In this document: positions 21,797 through 32,952 of the stretch, one piece after another
Layout of the letters: each line of letters starts with the position of its first letter
How positions within the stretch are numbered: the first letter of the stretch is position 1
Virus record (IMG/VR): IMGVR_UViG_3300021387_000199
Location: 32,001-96,000 of that record
Source: a virus
Lineage: Duplodnaviria > Caudoviricetes
Strand: one strand, 5' to 3'
Length of the DNA stretch: 64,000 bases
The notes under the pieces: model-generated
The model's database searches: none
What the model was told of the DNA's origin: nothing
The model's input: only the letters and a program-made list of their open reading frames with translations
Translations under genes and position numbers: made by a program

Positions 21797-22024
21797 TTAA
21801 CCTCGCGACTTCTCATCTTCCTCTGAAGAGAGGAGAGAGCGGTAGTCGATTACGTTGAGGTAATAATGTGTGGGCGTTCCTCTAAGAACGGTAATAGTAG
21901 CGCGGCAAACGCCGGCTGAATCCGAGAATCCGATCATCCCCGGAGCGTTCCAGTTATGAAGCCCGGGCGTAGTCATTAGATAGGTGTACATAGTGTCGCG
22001 GTCTACTTTTTTAAATTGAGCCAT
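21797..22024 (-). CDS. Hypothetical protein
   Basis: 75-aa ORF with AAGGAG SD. Confidence 0.6.
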   Translation of the reverse strand: MAQFKKVDRDTMYTYLMTTPGLHNWNAPGMIGFSDSAGVCRATITVLRGTPTHYYLNVIDYRSLLSSEEDEKSRG

Positions 22025-22133
22025 AGTAACTCTCCTTAAACGAATCTCGGCGGCTTAGGGTCCTCGCCGGCTATCAGCGCGAAGATCTCGCCGAGTAACA
22101 ATAGTGTCAGTAGTATAATTATTCGGTCAGCCA

Positions 22134-22376
22134 TCAGAAAGACTCCTTCTTAGTGTCGGCAGAGGAGCAGTAGATAGGATTCGGCGGCCAGTCGTTCGGC
22201 GTAACCTGAATATCTTTTAAGGGCGTCGTGATCCAGGGGGTCGTGATAGCTTGTTCGTGGATTACCGTCGCTTCAGTCTTCCCGTCTTCGAAGCCTTCCT
22301 CATAAGCCCGGTTGATCAGGTCGATGATTACCGGCGGCTTCATGTTCTCGGTGATAACGTAAGGTTTTCTTTTCAT
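22134..22376 (-). CDS. Hypothetical protein
   Basis: 80-aa ORF, ATGA overlap with the upstream gene. Confidence 0.6.
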   Translation of the reverse strand: MKRKPYVITENMKPPVIIDLINRAYEEGFEDGKTEATVIHEQAITTPWITTPLKDIQVTPNDWPPNPIYCSSADTKKESF

Positions 22377-23101
22377 AGTGGTTCTCCTTTCTCTTTTTCG
22401 TTCCGATTATTAGTGATAGCCTCATTGATCAGGCTCTGAGTTATAGACGGTTCTAATTTCAAAACCCCAAATTTCCCGCTGTCTATAATAAATTTCATCG
22501 CCGATTCTTCGTCTTCAGGGGAACAGTAGACATTTTTGGGATAAGTGAAAGATCCGCCGGAAAGCGGGATCGGTTTAAAACGGAATACTTTTAAGACCCC
22601 GATATTTTCCAGAGCCTGATGATATTTACTTACTGTCAATAAACTCTTTCCAGATCCTTCTTGTAGGTAAGTAAGAGAACTATTCCCCACCCTGGTTTTG
22701 AAGTCGAAAGTAGATTTTAGATAAGCGAAATACTGAAGAAGAGAAAAACGGTTGACCCCCTCATTAAAGTTTAGAATCATTCGAATCTCGTCTTCTTTAA
22801 GAAAAACGTATTTCCCCTCATTCCACTCGATCATTGGGTAATGTACGATATACTGGCCGTGGGCGTACTTTTCAAGAATATTCAACTTTGTAAGATCCCG
22901 GAATCCTTTATTGACGGCTTGAAGATCTGATTCAGTAGGTTCTCTGCCCATCAACACACCAGCGATTTCTACGGGCGATGTACAGACCCACTCTTCCCCC
23001 ATAGGCTGTTTTCTGGCGTTTAAGAGTAATCCCGCGAGAACAGAGAACCCCTGGTAACTAAGATCCTCGACAAAATCTTGTCTGATAAATATCTGGTTCA
23101 T
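22373..23101 (-). CDS. Putative winged-helix replication initiator/DNA-binding protein
   Basis: 242-aa ORF with an HTH-like segment (SLTYLQEGSGKSLLTVSKYHQALENIGVLKV); next to the origin-like region. Confidence 0.5.
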   Translation of the reverse strand: MNQIFIRQDFVEDLSYQGFSVLAGLLLNARKQPMGEEWVCTSPVEIAGVLMGREPTESDLQAVNKGFRDLTKLNILEKYAHGQYIVHYPMIEWNEGKYVFLKEDEIRMILNFNEGVNRFSLLQYFAYLKSTFDFKTRVGNSSLTYLQEGSGKSLLTVSKYHQALENIGVLKVFRFKPIPLSGGSFTYPKNVYCSPEDEESAMKFIIDSGKFGVLKLEPSITQSLINEAITNNRNEKEKGEPL

Positions 23102-23260
23102 AAACAGCTCCTTTCGATTCTATTTAAGAATTAATTCTGAAAATGATGACCAGATAAGCCCGCAGACTAAGTCGATTTTTCAGAGGGGTCGGGATAAGGA
23201 TTATAAAAAAGATGGGAACTGAGAGCAGAAAGTGGAGGAAAATTAAATACACCGAAAAGA

Positions 23261-23489
23261 AGTATACAGTATACTACTATCTAGACTACAATTATAATTT
23301 ACATATAATCTAAAACCTGGCAACTTCACAGTTTGCAATGATTCGCAGAAGGGTATAAAAAAGTAATCGGATTAGAGCGGGTTTTTATGTGTAAAATTAA
23401 AAACTCCAATATTATTACTATGTACTACTGGTTAGACTACAATTATAATATACAAATAATCTATAAAGCTGGCAATGTACTACTTTGCA
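23261..23489. repeat. Two imperfect direct repeats of about 75 bp in AT-rich DNA
   Basis: TACTACT..TAGACTACAATTATAAT.TACA.ATAATCTA..CTGGCAA..TTTGCA at about 23261-23337 and 23411-23489. Confidence 0.75.
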
Positions 23490-24063
23490 GGATTGTGACC
23501 AGGGTAAACCCTATTTAATAGGGTATATGGTTAGGATCTTAGGTATACTTAATGACTTGATAACGTTCTTTACGTTCGCGTTGCTAAAGCAAACGCTCCG
23601 CAAGACACTAATCGCGCTAAAGCGCTCATAGGTCTTGTGGGTTCTCCTGAATCTATTTCTTTTCTCAGGGAATATCTCTTAGATACAGTTTCTCTTTCTT
23701 AGGTTTACTTATTCTCTTAGGTATAAATACCGAGATATAGGGATATTGTACGTTATCTCTAACCGTTTACTCTATAATTAGAGTGTACTTACTTAGCTTC
23801 GCCTGAACAGGGAAATGTTTAGGTGATAGAGTTGGTGGTTCTAGGGTGTACCATACCGGGCGAGGTATACCTACGGCGGGGGAGGTGTACTATATATTTC
23901 CTCCTTCAGGGATATAGGTAGAATAGTATTACGGTGTTGTCAGAGGGGTTTATGGCCGCGGTATTACTAAGTAATAGTTTTGAAGGTATCACCGCGTTAA
24001 AGGTATCTGGCGGGGTCTGGGATTCATATCTTAATTCTTAAATCCGACATTTTATTCACTTTT

Positions 24064-24150
24064 TTATCCACAGGTTCAGATATTAAAAATTCTATTCTGT
24101 AATATTCAAATATTCCTGTCTAAGGGCGAATCTGCCCGGAGTTATCCACA
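24064..24150 (+). promoter_or_regulatory. Two consensus DnaA boxes
   Basis: TTATCCACA at 24064-24072 and 24142-24150, flanking an AT-rich stretch. Confidence 0.65.
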
Positions 24151-25165
24151 AGAGCGTGAAAATAGACTGTATACAATTTAATAGCGTAATACGCAAATGA
24201 TTTCGATAAATTTTCCGAAGTTGACGATACGGGCGGAGAAGAAGTGGATTGGGTCGGTTTTCAGGTTGGGTGGAGAACGATTTTTTCTTTGTAGTGACTG
24301 AGTTTACCAGCTTACTCAGGAATCCGCATTTTCAGCGGGTTTTCAAGTTTTAACCGTCCCCCACCTGGACGGGTTTCAACTTCCGTAAACTATAATTTAC
24401 AGCATGAGCCGAAAAGCCGCGTATTTACTGGATTTTTTGGCAAAAAATAAATTTAAAAACGGGTAATGGAACAGGGATATTTTCTGTCTATCGTGAGAAA
24501 ACATAATTGCAACAAGACAACCGAGCAAACAAATCAAGCAACTCCCCCGAGGCGTTCAGCGCAATCGCGCGAGTCTCCGTAACCCGTCGACCGTAACATT
24601 CGAGATGTTAGGCTTCAGCCTTAATCCTTTGAGCGTTCCGCTCTCCGGCTCTCGAGTGTGAGTGTTACCACCTTGAAAACTGAACAGCCTCCGGCTAGAG
24701 TGCCTCGCTGATATAGTCGCCGGAGGTTAGAGCTCGAGAATTGGCAAGCTCGAGAGTGCGAGGTATCAAGCGGTAGGATTCCGCGATAAAGACAAATCAA
24801 GCCCGAGGGAAACTCATCGCGATAGAGTTGTGCCCAAGTCCCGACGAGAAAAGGACGCAAGCATTATAAACCGTCGCGGAAAGTCCCTCAAGGCGTACGG
24901 ATGCGTTAATAGCGCGGAAAGTAGGCATAATCCGGGGCAAGCCGGTTTTACCGTCCGCGCGAAAGTCCGAAAGATTTTAGCAAGTCCGCACGCGAAAAAC
25001 GGCTCACAAAAAAAGCGACTCGGGCGCTATATCCCGAGAAAAGTTCAAACGATGCGCGTACACTCGGAGTTTTCGGGAGTGGTTCGGGCTCGATGCTCGG
25101 CGCGTGATTCCGCCGGAATAGTCCGGCGCTTAACTATTTTTTCTCAAAAAAGGGAGGATTTTACA

Positions 25166-25948
25166 ATGAAGCTTAACAATTCTTTCAAGGTCTCTATCGT
25201 CGCCCGTGGTATCTCCGCTGATAACGCTGACACTCTGTCCTCGGCCGTTTCCGCCGCTCGTCTCGGTATGGCGGTTCAGTACGCCGCCGATAAAATCGCG
25301 TCCCTGTCCGCGAAGATCAAAAAACTCGAGGACACGGATTCTCTGTCCGAGTCTCAGAAGCTCGAGCTTGCTAAGGCTCGTCTCGACCTGTCGGATCTCG
25401 AGGACGAGAAGTCCGAGCTTGAGATCTCTCTCACCGAGGTTGAGTCTGCCCGTAACGTGGTCGTCGAGTCCCTCGTTGCTGAGGGTAACACCCGCGAGAA
25501 CGTCGAGACGATGCTCCGCGTGATTGCTCTCGATGGTAACCAGTTCCTGTCCAAGTATGCCCTGTCTTCCGACGAGTTCAAGGACGAGCTCATGACCAAG
25601 CTGACCTCCATCGCGGAGTCTGTCCGCTGGTCGTCCGCCGGCACGCCCGTTCTCGGCAAGGACGAGCGCGAGGGTTACAAGTCCGCTCTGAAGTCCCTTA
25701 AGGGCATGATCCGTCAGGAGTTCTCGCTGACCGCGGACTCTATGTTTTTAAAGCGCACCATGGTCAACTGCTCCGCCGAGGAGCTCGGCCTGTTGGTTCA
25801 GACGTTCGTCCGCGACTTCACTGTCAAGCGCGTGAAGTCCGAGGACGGCGTATGGTCGGTGAAGTACGAGCGCCAGCTTCGCGACTGGACGTCTCTCCGC
25901 TCTCAGATCGTCCGCATCGTGCTCAAGCGCACCATGGCGGCTTGCTGA
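25166..25948 (+). CDS. First early gene, helical/coiled-coil hypothetical protein (260 aa)
   Basis: GGGAGG SD before ATG 25166; strong codon bias begins there. Confidence 0.8.
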   Translation: MKLNNSFKVSIVARGISADNADTLSSAVSAARLGMAVQYAADKIASLSAKIKKLEDTDSLSESQKLELAKARLDLSDLEDEKSELEISLTEVESARNVVVESLVAEGNTRENVETMLRVIALDGNQFLSKYALSSDEFKDELMTKLTSIAESVRWSSAGTPVLGKDEREGYKSALKSLKGMIRQEFSLTADSMFLKRTMVNCSAEELGLLVQTFVRDFTVKRVKSEDGVWSVKYERQLRDWTSLRSQIVRIVLKRTMAAC

Positions 25949-26243
25949 GTCTGTCCCTGTCCCTGTCAACGCCGAGCGGTCTCGGTTCAGCTTCTCTATC
26001 CGTCCGGGGGTTCGACTCCCTCGGGCGGTATTAAGACGCTTGTATTCGTGTTAGGTGAATAACTCGGCATGGGTGCTCGCGCACTATAACTATATTAGAC
26101 GGTCGGACTCTGTCCGGCTTTTTTAGTTAGGAGGATCACTATGAATCTTTATGAAATGCTCGTCGTCGTTCTCGGTACCGCCGTTCCTATGCTCGGCGCG
26201 GTAGCCGTGTCTCTGCTGGCTGTTTATGGTGGGAGGACTGAGT

Positions 26244-28076
26244 ATGAAGCGTGAAATTCCTGTCTCCGAGTCCGATCTTGTCGGGATCCTCGGGGATAAT
26301 ATAATAGTCGATTTCCGCGATAAAATCGCGGCTCAGGACGTCCGCCGAGTTATGAGAGCGATGACTCCGCCTGTCCGTGTAGGAGTGCGCGGGAAGTCCG
26401 TAATCGTTCCGGCGAAAAGCCTCGGAATCGTCCGGAAGTATCTCCGCGGTGAGATTAATCCGTCCGAATACCGCCGTAACATGCCGGCGGACTATTACGG
26501 CGAGAAGCCGTCTATCTACGAGAGGCAGCTTGCCTACGTCTGAACCCGTCGACTGCATATATTTTTTACCCGTCAATTATCAGCCATCGTCCGAGGTGGC
26601 TGATAACTTTTATACAAGGAGGATTATCATGCCTGAGACCAACGCTGTCATGCCAGTCGATTTCTGGCTCGAAAAGGGCGACTTCCGCGAGGATCTCGCC
26701 TATGAACCCGATGATTTCACCGCTCGGTTCCGCGACTATGCGGACGAGACAGGCGACGTTAACTTTGACTGCTTCTCCCTTTCAGGGACGAGCCTGTAAT
26801 CAGATAAGGAGGAGAACCATGAAGAACTATGAATTTTACATCCTTAGCCGGACAGGAGCAGATTTCATGACGAGAGAAGAAGTTTATATCTCTCGCAAAC
26901 AGGCCGAGATGGCCTACGAGGAACTCGTAGAAAAAATAACGTCGGAGAAGTCCGCCTATGCATGGGTGGACGTAGACAGCGTCGATCTCCGGTCGGCACA
27001 CGTCGATGAGGAGACCGGACGGATAACTCCCGACCGGGCACCATATGTCCGGCTCTGGGAGCGTGATCCCTATGACTCGGACGAGGGCTGGGGTCCCGAA
27101 GACTACGACTACGACGAGGAGGACTGAAACCATGAATCTTATCAACCTGAGCATCCCGGCGGCTATTCTAACCGCTATCCTGTCCATCTTTTCCCCTTCA
27201 GGGAATAACCTCCCGGCTGCCCATTGGGTAGACGGCGAGACGTACGTCTATTATACCGCCGAGTCTGCCGAGTACCTCGGAGTCGAGGGCGGAACCGCCT
27301 ACTTCGAAACCGCCGACGGCAACGTCTGGGGAGCGTACATCTACGACTCAGACCTTCAGGAGGGCGAGTCCGTAAAGCTCACCTTCGAAAATCGCGAGAC
27401 CCGAGCCGAGTATCTCCGCGCCGAGGAATACGGCATCGAGTCCGTTACACGTATCGACAACGGTCGAATTATAAGCATCGACTAACATCGATATAGTAGA
27501 CACTGCCTGTAAATTATCCATCGACTTTTAACGATATGAGGAGGAGGTGAGCGAGTAATGACGTACGAGGAACAGTACTGGGAGATCGTTGAATCGATCA
27601 ACTCCCGCTAATAGACGCTGAGAGCCGTTCTCCACTTCAGGAGGGCGGCTTTATTGCACCTATTAACGGCCACACATACACATAAGGAGGATACCGCCGT
27701 GAGTAAGAAGATTAGACCTATCACTGTCAACCCTGAGATCGAGGCTTATCTGCTTCAGGTCGGCACCGTCGCAAAGTCCGACGATTTCGAGATCGTACCC
27801 GAGGAGCCCTTCCGCCGGAGTCGCGCTAAGGATCGTTTCATCGCTCAGGAGCGCGCTAAGTCTCGTAAGTCCCGCTCTCTGAACCTGAAGAAGACCCGTG
27901 ATCGTAAGATCTGGACTGACGATGTTCAGCCTACCGGGAAAGATGTCCGTTACTGGGTCGGTGAGACTTTCCCGGGCAGAGACCGCTACCTGATCTATAA
28001 GGTCACAGAGCGTAAGGATCCGTTAAGAGTCCGCCGCGCCCTGGATTCTTCCGCCGAGAAACTCGCCGAGATCTAA
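26244..28076 (+). other. Cluster of small early hypothetical genes: 26244..26543, 26629..26799, 26819..27127, 27132..27485 (signal-peptide-like N-terminus), 27558..27611, 27699..28076
   Basis: Each has a GGAG(G) SD or is coupled to the previous stop; TAA/TGA stops. Confidence 0.65.
27622..27651 (+). terminator. Repeated hairpin/terminator, also at about 28158-28186 and 32126-32155
   Basis: AGCCGTTCTC...GAGGGCGGCT stem in three copies. Confidence 0.65.
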
Positions 28077-28206
28077 CCTTCCCTTCTTCAGGGATAGCGT
28101 GAAGCCGACGGCTTAAAGATAGTAGCCGTTAAGAAGAACTTAATAAGAACTAACGAAAGCCGTTCTCAGTTCGAGGGCGGCTCTTTTATAAAGGAGGATT
28201 TGATTC

Positions 28207-30105
28207 ATGTCGCAGGAAAGAATATTTGAAACTATCAACGGAACGGAAATCGACGTCACTACGGTCATGGATAAGACGGTCGAATATATCCCGACCGCGG
28301 AAGAAGTCGAAAAGGTAAAGGCCGGCGTTAAGGCTCATCTCGACGAGTTCTTCCCGGGTCTTCTTGACGAAGAGACCGGACTGGACGTCATGTTTAGGGA
28401 GAACGGGGTCTTCTGGAAAGAGAAAGGGTGGCTCATCGCGGCTATGAAGAGCCACCCGGGCTACAACGGAAACCTTCAGATCGTCCTGAAGAAAGACGTA
28501 CTCCACAGAGCTGTTAACTCGAAAGAAGTTTTTGAGTTCTTCGGGTGGGCGGCAGACAAGCTCGTCGAAGAGAAAACCTATCTTTTCAGGGGAAAGGAAG
28601 TCTCTTATGAAGAGTACTATCGGAGGCAAAGGGATATTCTCAACAAGAAGGAGCGCCTCCTCGAAATCAGAAGAAACACGTACTCAGAACAGGTGTTCAT
28701 CAAAACCGGCGACCTGTTCGATCTTCTACATAAAAAATTTAAGGCGTTCACCACCGATCTTAAGTATAAGAAAGAATACGTGGCTCTGGACGTGGTAAGA
28801 GATTGGTTCTGCCAAACTGGAGAAGCGATCGTAGATCAGGAACTCGCCGACAAGGTAAATGACGTATTCTCTGACACACGCTTCACCTGTCCGGGACAGA
28901 AGATCAGCCGGCTCGTCGGGAAGATCGCCAAGAGAACTCCGCTGACAAAGATCGTCGATATTCAGGACGTATCTTTCCTCGACCAGAACGGGGAACGCCA
29001 CTACAAGACAAAAGATTTCGGTTGGAATTACAGATTCGCCGGATTAGGCGACGCTATCAACCCGCTGGAAATCCCGGCGACCACGGTTATTTCGGTTAAC
29101 CCTGTGGACTTTTTACGCATGTCGTTCGGTCACAAGTGGGCTTCCTGCATGACCACCGACAAGAGAAACCGCCGGGGGGCAGATAATAATTACCACGGCA
29201 TGTACTGTGGTGGAACAGAGAGCTATATGCTCGACGAGTCCACGTTCCTGATGTACACACTGCCGGCAGACTTTGAGGGAGACGAACCCGAGTGGGAAGA
29301 CAAACTGAAGCGCTGCAATTTCCACATAGGGGAAGATAAGATCATTCAGGGCAGGGTGTATCCCGACGGAAGAGACGGCGGCGACGCTTCAATCTCCGGC
29401 GATATGAGACGGATTGCCCAGAGAGTTATCTCTGAACTCTTCGACGCCCCGAACTACTGGGATCTGAAGAAGGGAACCAGCGAATGTAGCACCTACACAC
29501 TTTCGAGAGGTGTTCACTATAGAGATTACCTGCACTACGGCGATTGCACCGTCTCACACTGGAAGAGAATCGACGGTTTCAGGAACGGAAAGTATATCAA
29601 AATCGGGCACTCCTCGATCTGCCCGGAGTGCGGAAGGGAACACGATACTGAAGATAACGTGTTCTGTGAAGACTGCCAGAATCCCGGCTATACCTGTGAA
29701 GAGTGCGGCTGTTGCGTAGACAGGGACGACGTCGTCTGGGTCAACGGAAATCCGTACTGTTCCGATTGTGTATTCTACTGCGAAAGATGCGGAGAGTATC
29801 ACTTAGCAGACGAGATGACGTGGATCCCGACGGAAGACGGATACGTCTGTGATGATTGCCGAGACAGGCTTTACGTCTACTCGGAAGAGAGAGACGAATA
29901 TCTCAGGGAAAGAGACGCCGTAGAGACCGAGGAAGGCAACTATTACCGCCCGGATTCCGATGGCTACGGAACCTGTTATGAGTGCGGGGAATATCACGAC
30001 GCAGATAACTTGATCTACGACGACGAAACCGAAGAGTACTACTGCGAAGACTGTTACGCCGAGCTTATCCGGCAAAGGGAAGCGGCGGAAGAGCAGACAG
30101 CGTAA
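28207..30105 (+). CDS. Large protein with C-terminal tandem CxxC zinc-ribbon repeats
   Basis: 632 aa; CPEC, CEDC, CEEC, CSDC, CERC, CDDC, CYEC, CEDC. Confidence 0.75.
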   Translation: MSQERIFETINGTEIDVTTVMDKTVEYIPTAEEVEKVKAGVKAHLDEFFPGLLDEETGLDVMFRENGVFWKEKGWLIAAMKSHPGYNGNLQIVLKKDVLHRAVNSKEVFEFFGWAADKLVEEKTYLFRGKEVSYEEYYRRQRDILNKKERLLEIRRNTYSEQVFIKTGDLFDLLHKKFKAFTTDLKYKKEYVALDVVRDWFCQTGEAIVDQELADKVNDVFSDTRFTCPGQKISRLVGKIAKRTPLTKIVDIQDVSFLDQNGERHYKTKDFGWNYRFAGLGDAINPLEIPATTVISVNPVDFLRMSFGHKWASCMTTDKRNRRGADNNYHGMYCGGTESYMLDESTFLMYTLPADFEGDEPEWEDKLKRCNFHIGEDKIIQGRVYPDGRDGGDASISGDMRRIAQRVISELFDAPNYWDLKKGTSECSTYTLSRGVHYRDYLHYGDCTVSHWKRIDGFRNGKYIKIGHSSICPECGREHDTEDNVFCEDCQNPGYTCEECGCCVDRDDVVWVNGNPYCSDCVFYCERCGEYHLADEMTWIPTEDGYVCDDCRDRLYVYSEERDEYLRERDAVETEEGNYYRPDSDGYGTCYECGEYHDADNLIYDDETEEYYCEDCYAELIRQREAAEEQTA

Positions 30106-30139
30106 AGGAAGAGAGAATTAAGAGAGAGGAGAACTAATC

Positions 30140-31204
30140 ATGAGTAAGAAGACTAAGAAGAACGAGGTCGTAGCCGCTGCCAGAGTAGGCGGAAAGGTAA
30201 AGAAGGAAGGCAATCTGACCATCAGGAGATTCGACGATACACCGAGAAACCGGCGCTTCGAAGAACTCTGTGTGAAGACTCAGGAGGAACTGAAGAGCTG
30301 GTTGAAGTCGTACCTCGCCGGCATCGGAAAGGAAGTGATCGAGGGAGACGGCTGGCTGTTCGTAGACGGATCAACACCGGTACTGCTTACAGCCCACATG
30401 GATACGGTACACGCTGAGAAGCCGAAGGAAATCGTGTACGAGAACGGAACTATTTCCAGCCCTCAGGGAATCGGCGGTGATGATCGTTGCGGAGTTTACG
30501 CGATCATCGAGATCCTGAAAGAGATCGACTGCCCGGCATTGTTCTGCGAAGACGAAGAGATCGGCGGGATCGGAAGCAACAAATTCACGGCAACCGACCT
30601 CTGTGAAGACCTCGGCAAGAGAATTCATTTCGTGATCGACATAGACCGGGCTAACCACAACGACGCGGTTTATTACGAGCAGGCTAACACAAAGTTTGAG
30701 AGATTCGTAGAGGCAGAGTTCTGGAAACAGAGCTGGGGATCCTTCACGGATATCTGCCACCTCTGCCCGGCTCTGGAAGTCTCCGGCGTAAACCTGAGCT
30801 GCGGATATTACAAGCAGCATACGCTGAACGAATACGTCGTTCTGGAAGAGCTGGAGAAAGCGATAAGGGAAACTAAGAAGTTAATCCGCCGAGCCGGGGA
30901 AGAGAGATACGAGTATATAGAGGATACATACTCCCGCTGGGACAGCTTCTACGGAAAGTATTCTTACGGATCCTACGGTTCCTATAAGTCCTTCAAGGAC
31001 GAATTCTTCTATGTGTCATACCTCGGCAATTCAGGGGAAGAGGTCGAGTTCATTCAGGCTTCAAACGAAATCGAAGCTCTCGGGCAGTTCTTCATGGATC
31101 ATCCGACACTGACGTACAACGACGTAATCAGCTACGGATACGAAGACGACTATGATTACGACTTTGGCTACGATAAAGATTTCTCCGCTCTGATCCACGG
31201 GTAA
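30140..31204 (+). CDS. M20/M28-family zinc peptidase-like protein
   Basis: LTAHMDTV, GGDDRCG, EDEEIG and YYKQHT metal-ligand motifs. Confidence 0.8.
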   Translation: MSKKTKKNEVVAAARVGGKVKKEGNLTIRRFDDTPRNRRFEELCVKTQEELKSWLKSYLAGIGKEVIEGDGWLFVDGSTPVLLTAHMDTVHAEKPKEIVYENGTISSPQGIGGDDRCGVYAIIEILKEIDCPALFCEDEEIGGIGSNKFTATDLCEDLGKRIHFVIDIDRANHNDAVYYEQANTKFERFVEAEFWKQSWGSFTDICHLCPALEVSGVNLSCGYYKQHTLNEYVVLEELEKAIRETKKLIRRAGEERYEYIEDTYSRWDSFYGKYSYGSYGSYKSFKDEFFYVSYLGNSGEEVEFIQASNEIEALGQFFMDHPTLTYNDVISYGYEDDYDYDFGYDKDFSALIHG

Positions 31205-31240
31205 TCTGAGTCCGAAAGCTAAAGACGGTAACCGCTAAAC

Positions 31241-31272
31241 AAGGGAGATCTGAACTTCAGGTCTCTCTTTTT
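31241..31272 (+). terminator. Intrinsic terminator; near-identical copy at about 34022-34055
   Basis: AAGGGAGA-CTGA...TCAGGTCTCTCTTTTT. Confidence 0.65.
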
Positions 31273-31419
31273 ATATAGAAACCGCCGGCGAGAAGAACGG
31301 ATCGGGGATTAGGCGAACAGCCCGGCTCCCGGCACGACGTGACCTACAGACCTACGCAACCAGTTAACCGAGAAGATAAAGATAGAAACAGTTTCTAAGT
31401 TCTGAAAGGAGAAAACACT

Positions 31420-32025
31420 ATGGCTATCAATCAGGTAATCGCTATCAACGAGAACGACGCTCAGTACGCAGACATGATTCAGGAGGTAAAGGAAGGTATG
31501 AACAAAGACAATCTTATCATCATAGCCCGCTCAGAGAAGAACCGGAAGGCAGACGAGATCATCCCGCTGACCGTGAAGAACGGGATCTACTTCTACGTGG
31601 CGTATAGCCTGAAAGGCAAGCTGGTATTCCCCGGCAAGTACGATCTGGAAGACGTAGAAACCGCGAAGAGAAACACGATGAACGAGGCTCGCCTCGGCGT
31701 TATGTTTGAGGTTCTCATTGGCGGAGGTAAGAGACTTTCTGACTGGACCCCGGACGAAGAGCCTATGAACATCGCTACTCTTCAGGGCAACGCAAACGGA
31801 GCCGGCCTTCTTCTCTGCGAAGACTTCTGGAAAGAGATCCGCGAGAAGTTCGACGACGACTTCTATATCCTGCCGAGCTCTATCCATGAGCTGATTATAG
31901 TTCCGAAGTCCGCCGGGATGAGTAAGGCAGATCTCGACGCTATGGTTCGCGACGTCAATAGAACTCAGGTTTCAGATAATGAGTTCCTCGCTGACAACGC
32001 TTTCGAGGCAAGCGACTGGGCATAA
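31420..32025 (+). CDS. DUF5688-family protein
   Basis: FYILPSSIHELII and MVRDVN motifs. Confidence 0.78.
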   Translation: MAINQVIAINENDAQYADMIQEVKEGMNKDNLIIIARSEKNRKADEIIPLTVKNGIYFYVAYSLKGKLVFPGKYDLEDVETAKRNTMNEARLGVMFEVLIGGGKRLSDWTPDEEPMNIATLQGNANGAGLLLCEDFWKEIREKFDDDFYILPSSIHELIIVPKSAGMSKADLDAMVRDVNRTQVSDNEFLADNAFEASDWA

Positions 32026-32197
32026 GCCGGACGAGTACGGACGAAAGGAGGTGATCTATACGACGTACGCTGAGATTTACCGCGAGATTCTGAAGTTAAT
32101 CAACAAAGAGGAATAGTACCCACTGAGAGCCGTTCTCTTATTCAGGAGGACGGCTTAACTGTAGGCATTATTTCACTCAAGTAAAGGAGGAACCATT

Positions 32198-32950
32198 ATG
32201 AAAGTGAGACCCGTAGTAGTCAAGGCAACGGAGAGAGAAGCAAAGAGATCGAAGGCTGTGAACTTCCTGGCGTCCATGTACGAGGAACCTTTAGGGCTGA
32301 ACACTGAAGAGAAAGACTTTCTACGCTCAGTCCTGATCAGATCCGGAATCAGTCGGGGAGAGCGGCAGCTGATATTGGGTTAAGAGAGGAGGAAGAGAGT
32401 CCCGACAACGGAAACGTTCGAGAATAGCCCGTACTACGACGAAGCTGAAAAACAGTTTTGGGAAGATTAAAGGAGGTAAATAACGTGGATACGATCAGAT
32501 TAGACTGGTACGCGACACTTGAAAACGTGAGCAACGGAGCCGAACTTAGCTTAGACATTAGCTGGAGTTTCACAGCTCAGGATCTTCTGGTACTGACCTG
32601 TCTACATGAGGCGGGGATTCATCGGGAAAAGATCGAGGATCTTCTGGAGGATTGTAACTTTCACCGGGAGAACGGGCTTCTTCACGAAGGGAAGTACTCT
32701 GAACTGAGGGAGGAGATCTGCCGGGATCTGGTCGAAATACCAGCTTTCTAAGGAGGATATCACTATGTCTGATCCCATCAATCTCTTCAGAGAAACCGTA
32801 ACCGGGAAAGGAGTGTATTTAGTCGGTTACCTGATAGATGGCTGGACTCGGGAGCTGGTGATAGAAGCCAGTTGTCCGGGTGAGGCTGAAATGATAACAC
32901 AGAATATTGTCGGTAACATCTGCGGAGTTACCTACGTAGAAAGGAGTTAA
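32198..32950 (+). other. Three small hypothetical genes: 32198..32383, 32485..32751, 32765..32950
   Basis: SD-preceded ORFs. Confidence 0.6.
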
Positions 32951-32952
32951 CT

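Noticed and set aside
24830-25165. N-terminal 112 aa of ORF 24830..25948
   Set aside because: The SD and the codon bias begin at ATG 25166.
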